Shown piece by piece: positions 60,292 through 64,000 of a stretch of DNA of 64,000 nucleotides. The DNA comes from Dehalococcoidia bacterium. Lineage in GTDB: Bacteria > Chloroflexota > Dehalococcoidia > Lucifugimonadales > UBA2985. The notes below the pieces were generated by a model. The model was given only the letters and a program-made list of their open reading frames with translations, was not told the origin of the DNA and made no database searches. Positions within the stretch are counted from its first letter, which is position 1. Each line of letters opens with the position of its first letter. The DNA is taken from NCBI GenBank assembly GCA_965247645.1, contig OZ252024.1:974455-1038454 (forward strand), read 5' to 3'. A program made the position numbers and the translations under genes.

Positions 60292-61239
60292 ATGGCGATA
60301 TTTCTTCGTGAGGAAGACGTGGTACGCCTTCTGCCCATGAGTGAGGCTATAGAGGTGGTGGAGCAGGGCTTCATGGAGCAGGGCAACGGGACAGGGGTAA
60401 ACCTCCCCAGGGAACGGGCGCAGGCCGGCGAAACAGGGCTGACCATGATGGTGGCGGTCCTGGGCGGCCTTGGAGTGGGCGGCTTCAAGACTATGGGCGC
60501 AGGCAAACCCCTGGTCATGCTGTACGGGGGCGAGCCCCGGCAGGTCCTGGCGGTAATGGAGGCGGGGAACCTGGGGCAGATTCGCACGGGCGCGGCCAGT
60601 GGTGTGGCTACCAGGCACATGGCCCGGGAGGATGCCTCATCCGTCGGAATCATTGGGACGGGTTTTCAGGCCATGTCTCAGCTTGCCGCCGTCTGCGCCG
60701 TCCGGCCCATACGGACCGTCAGGGCGTACAGCCGGACGCCTGAGCGCAGGGAGGAGTTCTGCCGCGACATGAGCGACTCCCTGGGCGTAGAGGTCTTGCC
60801 GGTATCCTCAGCGCAGGAGGCCGTCCGTGGGGCGGACGTCGTCATAGCCATCACCAACGTCCGGACGCTGGACCCCGTGCTGCTGGGCGACTGGCTTGAG
60901 CCGGGGATGCACGTCAACGCCGCGGGCGCCAACTCCCTGAACCGCCGGGAACTCGACGACTCGGCGGTGGAGCGCTGCTCCGTATTAGTCGCCGACGACG
61001 TGAGCCAGGCCATGATCGAATGCGCAGACTTAGTCATGCCCATCGGCTCCGGGCTGCTGGACTGGAGCGCGGTACTGGAGTTGGGAATGGTGGTCACCGG
61101 CCAAGCGCCCGGCCGCTTCTCCGATGACGACATCACCCTCTTCGAGTCCCAGGGGATAGCCCTGGAGGACGTAGCGGCGGCGGCCCACATCTTCCGGCGC
61201 GCCCAGGAAGAGGGCATCGGCGTACCCCTCCCGTTTTAG
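60292..61239 (+). CDS. Ornithine cyclodeaminase / mu-crystallin family protein
   Basis: 315 aa. Contains MAIFLREEDVVRLLPMSEAIEVVEQGF..., [15 protein letters not shown] and the GIIGTGFQA NAD motif. Confidence 0.85.
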   Translation: MAIFLREEDVVRLLPMSEAIEVVEQGFMEQGNGTGVNLPRERAQAGETGLTMMVAVLGGLGVGGFKTMGAGKPLVMLYGGEPRQVLAVMEAGNLGQIRTGAASGVATRHMAREDASSVGIIGTGFQAMSQLAAVCAVRPIRTVRAYSRTPERREEFCRDMSDSLGVEVLPVSSAQEAVRGADVVIAITNVRTLDPVLLGDWLEPGMHVNAAGANSLNRRELDDSAVERCSVLVADDVSQAMIECADLVMPIGSGLLDWSAVLELGMVVTGQAPGRFSDDDITLFESQGIALEDVAAAAHIFRRAQEEGIGVPLPF

Positions 61240-61242
61240 GCA

Positions 61243-62595
61243 GTGGACCGAAAGTTGCTCGCACTGATGTATATCCTGGCCCTTGGGCTGCTGCTCCTTG
61301 CAGGCTGCGCGGGGTCGGCGGAAGCGCCGGCGACTGCGCTCTCCCCTACGGCAATCACACAGCCCGCGCCGACGCCTACGTCAATCCCGCCGGCAACAAC
61401 ACGGCCTACGCCAACTCTGCCGGTAACCTCTACGCCCACCACGGCTACAGTACGTCAGCCCCAGCCCTCGGCCAACCTCACTACAACGCCGACAGCCGCG
61501 CTTGCAGACGAGCCTCTATCGGCGCTTCGAGTCCAGCGAGCCTTTCCCAACCTGGCCTTCCGTCGACTCACCAACCTGGCGCAACCCCAGGACGCGCCAG
61601 ACCGCATCTTTGTCACGGAGCAGGCGGGGCTTGTCCGCGCGTTCCCCAACGATCCCCAGGCAACGGAGGCAGTGGTTTTCCTGGACATCCGGGACAGGGT
61701 GAGCGAGGCCGGCAACGAGGAGGGGCTGCTGGGCCTGGCATTCGACCCGGACTACGCCGCCAACGGCCATTTCTACGTCTACTACTCCGCAGACTCGCCC
61801 CGGCGCTCTGTGGTGTCTCGATTCACCGTCCTGCCGGACAGCCTCACAACAGCCGACCCTGACAGCGAACTGGTCATCATGGAGATACCACAGCCATATA
61901 GCAACCACAACGGGGGCCAGCTTGCCTTTGGGCCGGACGGCTATCTGTACGTTGGGCTTGGCGATGGCGGCAGCAGGGGCGATCCAATGGGCAACGGGCA
62001 GGACCTCGGAACGCTCCTGGGGACGATACTACGCGTCGACGTGGCGGGCGCGTCCGTGGATGGGGGCTACGCCGTACCTTCGGATAACCCATTTGTCGGA
62101 GTGCAGGGCGCGCGAACGGAGATATGGGCCTACGGGCTGCGCAACCCCTGGCGCTTCTCTTTCGACAGGGAGACCGGCGCGCTCTGGGCGGGCGACGTGG
62201 GGCAAAACAGGTGGGAGGAGATAGACCTGGTGGAGAAGGGGCGGAACTACGGCTGGAATATCGCCGAAGGACATAGCTGCTTCTCCCCTTCCACCGGCTG
62301 CGACGACGCCGGGCTGGAGCCGCCTGTGGCGGTGTACGGCCGGGGCGATGGCTGCTCGGTCACCGGCGGATACGTCTACCGCGGCAGCGACATGCCGGCC
62401 CTCGCGGGTGTCTACGTGTACGGCGACTTCTGCTCCGGCAAGATATGGGGCCTCCGCTACAATGGCGAGGCGGTTGCAGAACAGGCGCTGTTGGTGGATT
62501 CCGGCCTCTCAATCACGTCCTTCGGAGAGGATGCGGAGGGCAACCTGTACGTCCTCTCCCGCGATCAAGGCATATATCGTCTGGCCCCGGCGTAG
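61243..62595 (+). CDS. PQQ-dependent sugar dehydrogenase-family lipoprotein (soluble aldose/sorbosone dehydrogenase-like)
   Basis: 450 aa. Lipobox LLLAGC|AGS and a PT linker. Then EGLLGLAFDPDY...NHNGGQLAFGPDGYLYVGLGDGG...NPWRFSFD...GDVGQNRWEEIDLV..GRNYGWN. Confidence 0.85.
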   Translation: MDRKLLALMYILALGLLLLAGCAGSAEAPATALSPTAITQPAPTPTSIPPATTRPTPTLPVTSTPTTATVRQPQPSANLTTTPTAALADEPLSALRVQRAFPNLAFRRLTNLAQPQDAPDRIFVTEQAGLVRAFPNDPQATEAVVFLDIRDRVSEAGNEEGLLGLAFDPDYAANGHFYVYYSADSPRRSVVSRFTVLPDSLTTADPDSELVIMEIPQPYSNHNGGQLAFGPDGYLYVGLGDGGSRGDPMGNGQDLGTLLGTILRVDVAGASVDGGYAVPSDNPFVGVQGARTEIWAYGLRNPWRFSFDRETGALWAGDVGQNRWEEIDLVEKGRNYGWNIAEGHSCFSPSTGCDDAGLEPPVAVYGRGDGCSVTGGYVYRGSDMPALAGVYVYGDFCSGKIWGLRYNGEAVAEQALLVDSGLSITSFGEDAEGNLYVLSRDQGIYRLAPA

Positions 62596-62758
62596 CAGAG
62601 CGTCCCTTTGTGGGTCACAGGTGGAGGGTCACTTCGCCGGCTGCCAGGGTCTGTATGGAGCCGTTGACCCTAGCTGAGAGTGTAATTCGTCTTCATTACA
62701 TGAGATACCTGAGAAAGCTGCCATCAACAGCGTGTAATGGTCCTGCTATACTTCTACC

Positions 62759-63337
62759 ATGTTGTTCTACCTCTACGAATGTGTTTCGTTCTTAGCGCCT
62801 CGCCCAAAGAGTAGCCGTCACAGACGACCAGGCTACGTTGCCAAGTTGGCGACCGTTTTTGTGATACCACTCCTTATTCTCGGCTGTACCGCCGGCGAAA
62901 CAGCGCCTACCTCCATGCCCCCGTCGGGATTTGAGGAGGTGTGGGTGTACGAACCGCCGTACACTGGCGAGTTCCGCGCCCAGGACCTGGAGATCGCTGC
63001 GACCTTTCAGTTGACCCATAGCGACGAGATCATCTACCGGTTCTCAGACGTATCCATGAAGGGCGAGCTAGCGGTATCAGCCTATCCTGCGGTGATCGAC
63101 GGAGCGCTTGAGGCCGCCTGCGGCCTCTGGCTTCTGAGCCCCGAGACCGGCCAGATCCAGGAGATCTCAAAGGGCGTTCTGAGCTATCCATGGGGCGCCC
63201 TGTTCTCGCCGGACGGCGAACGGATCATATACGCCGCCGGGGAGGAGTGCCCCTCCGCGACCGCTCAGTCCATCGATGGGGGCATCTGGCTCCTGGAACT
63301 CCGGACCATGGAGAGAAGCGCCCTCTACGAGAGCTAG
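62759..63337 (+). CDS. Lipoprotein, N-terminal part of a PD40/TolB-like beta-propeller protein (ends at an in-frame TAG)
   Basis: 192 aa. Lipobox LLILGC|TAG and FSPDGERIIYAAG (PD40-like). It is in the same frame as the following open frame. Confidence 0.5.
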   Translation: MLFYLYECVSFLAPRPKSSRHRRPGYVAKLATVFVIPLLILGCTAGETAPTSMPPSGFEEVWVYEPPYTGEFRAQDLEIAATFQLTHSDEIIYRFSDVSMKGELAVSAYPAVIDGALEAACGLWLLSPETGQIQEISKGVLSYPWGALFSPDGERIIYAAGEECPSATAQSIDGGIWLLELRTMERSALYES

Positions 63338-63385
63338 CGAGCTCCGGTCCTCCGGGGCTGGGCGTACCTTGATATTTTCCTGGCT

Positions 63386-64000
63386 ATGCGCCACGTTCCA
63401 GATGTAGGCTGGACCTACAGGATCATACACCTGGGCGAAAGCAGCGAAAGGGTGGTCCCCGACCTGGCCTTGGAGTACCAGGGGTTCTACCTATTCACCG
63501 ACAGGCCCTCTCCCCAAGGGGATCTGCTGCTGCGAGTTGACCAGGACCTCACCTCATCCTTCAACTCTGAGCTCTCCCTGGCCTCGCTGATAACCGGCGA
63601 GCCGATCGTCGACCCGTGGCAGGGATGGCCGCATCCGCACGCCGGCGATTCCCCTTGGTCGCCCGACAACCGTTCTCTGCTCTATCTCGTGGCCGGCAGC
63701 ATTCAAGAGGGTATGCCCATCGACCTGATGACGCTCGACGTGAGGACGGGCGAGCACAGGGCGATTCTGAGCGGCCTGAGCCCGGAGGACGCGTTCATTC
63801 CGCAGGCGTGGTCGCCGGACTCCCAGGTGGTCCTGCTGCTGCCCGAGGACCGGACAACCCTCCACGCCGTCAACGTCGATGGCAGCGGCTTCGGCGAGGT
63901 GGCCGGCTCCACCCTGAGCGCCCCTAAGTCCAACTACCGCGGCGTCCGCTGGTCTCTGGACGGCGGCTATCTCTTCTTCCATCGTGACCCGCCGCTGCCG
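63386..64000 (+). CDS. PD40/TolB-like beta-propeller repeat protein (partial; open at the window end)
   Basis: Not in the ORF track. My translation from the ATG at 63386 has no stop up to 64000. It contains SPWSPDNRSLLYLV, QAWSPDSQVVLLL and VRWSLDGGYLFF, which are PD40-type repeats. There is no convincing RBS before 63386. Confidence 0.55.
   Translation, partial: MRHVPDVGWTYRIIHLGESSERVVPDLALEYQGFYLFTDRPSPQGDLLLRVDQDLTSSFNSELSLASLITGEPIVDPWQGWPHPHAGDSPWSPDNRSLLYLVAGSIQEGMPIDLMTLDVRTGEHRAILSGLSPEDAFIPQAWSPDSQVVLLLPEDRTTLHAVNVDGSGFGEVAGSTLSAPKSNYRGVRWSLDGGYLFFHRDPPLP

Overview
This is a 64 kb segment of a GC-rich bacterial chromosome. Hand counts on single 60-nt lines give about 70-75% GC in core genes. 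Many exported proteins are lipoproteins with Pro/Thr-rich linkers, family III CoA-transferase paralogues are present, and there is a translin-like gene. Together these suggest a Chloroflexota (marine SAR202-like) origin, but that is inference only.

Core content, in order:
- a peptide/nickel-type ABC importer
- two fused double-domain family III CoA-transferases
- RCC1-like beta-propeller lipoproteins
- 2-hydroxyacid dehydrogenases and a GalE-like epimerase
- a VWA protein
- an aldolase / hydroxypyruvate reductase / glycerate kinase operon
- an M42 peptidase and DNA-repair glycosylases
- moeA and an ECF sigma / anti-sigma pair
- a dcd-ribD-ribE-ribBA-ribH operon
- ilvD, tatA and tatBC
- a Lon-like protease and a translin-like protein
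- a membrane pyrophosphatase, a tandem rhodanese and an SGNH hydrolase
- an ornithine cyclodeaminase-family gene and a PQQ-type sugar dehydrogenase

Three accessory or rearranged patches stand out:
1. 43.2-45.8 kb is a sharply low-GC type II restriction-modification pair.
2. 26.8-30.3 kb is a lower-GC patch of hypothetical membrane and lipoprotein genes ending in a decayed IS5-family element.
3. 56.7-60.4 kb is a mosaic in which fragments of the ornithine cyclodeaminase gene bracket two lipoprotein genes.

The most interesting single signal is an in-frame TGA at the catalytic-Cys position of the rhodanese, followed by a SECIS-like hairpin. This makes it a candidate selenocysteine enzyme.

Other points:
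- Two families of dispersed REP-like intergenic repeats are present.
- Several genes are disrupted: two frameshifts and one in-frame TAG.
- I saw no rRNA, tRNA or CRISPR array.
- I cannot demonstrate a wholly new multi-gene system from sequence alone. The items below are leads, not proofs.
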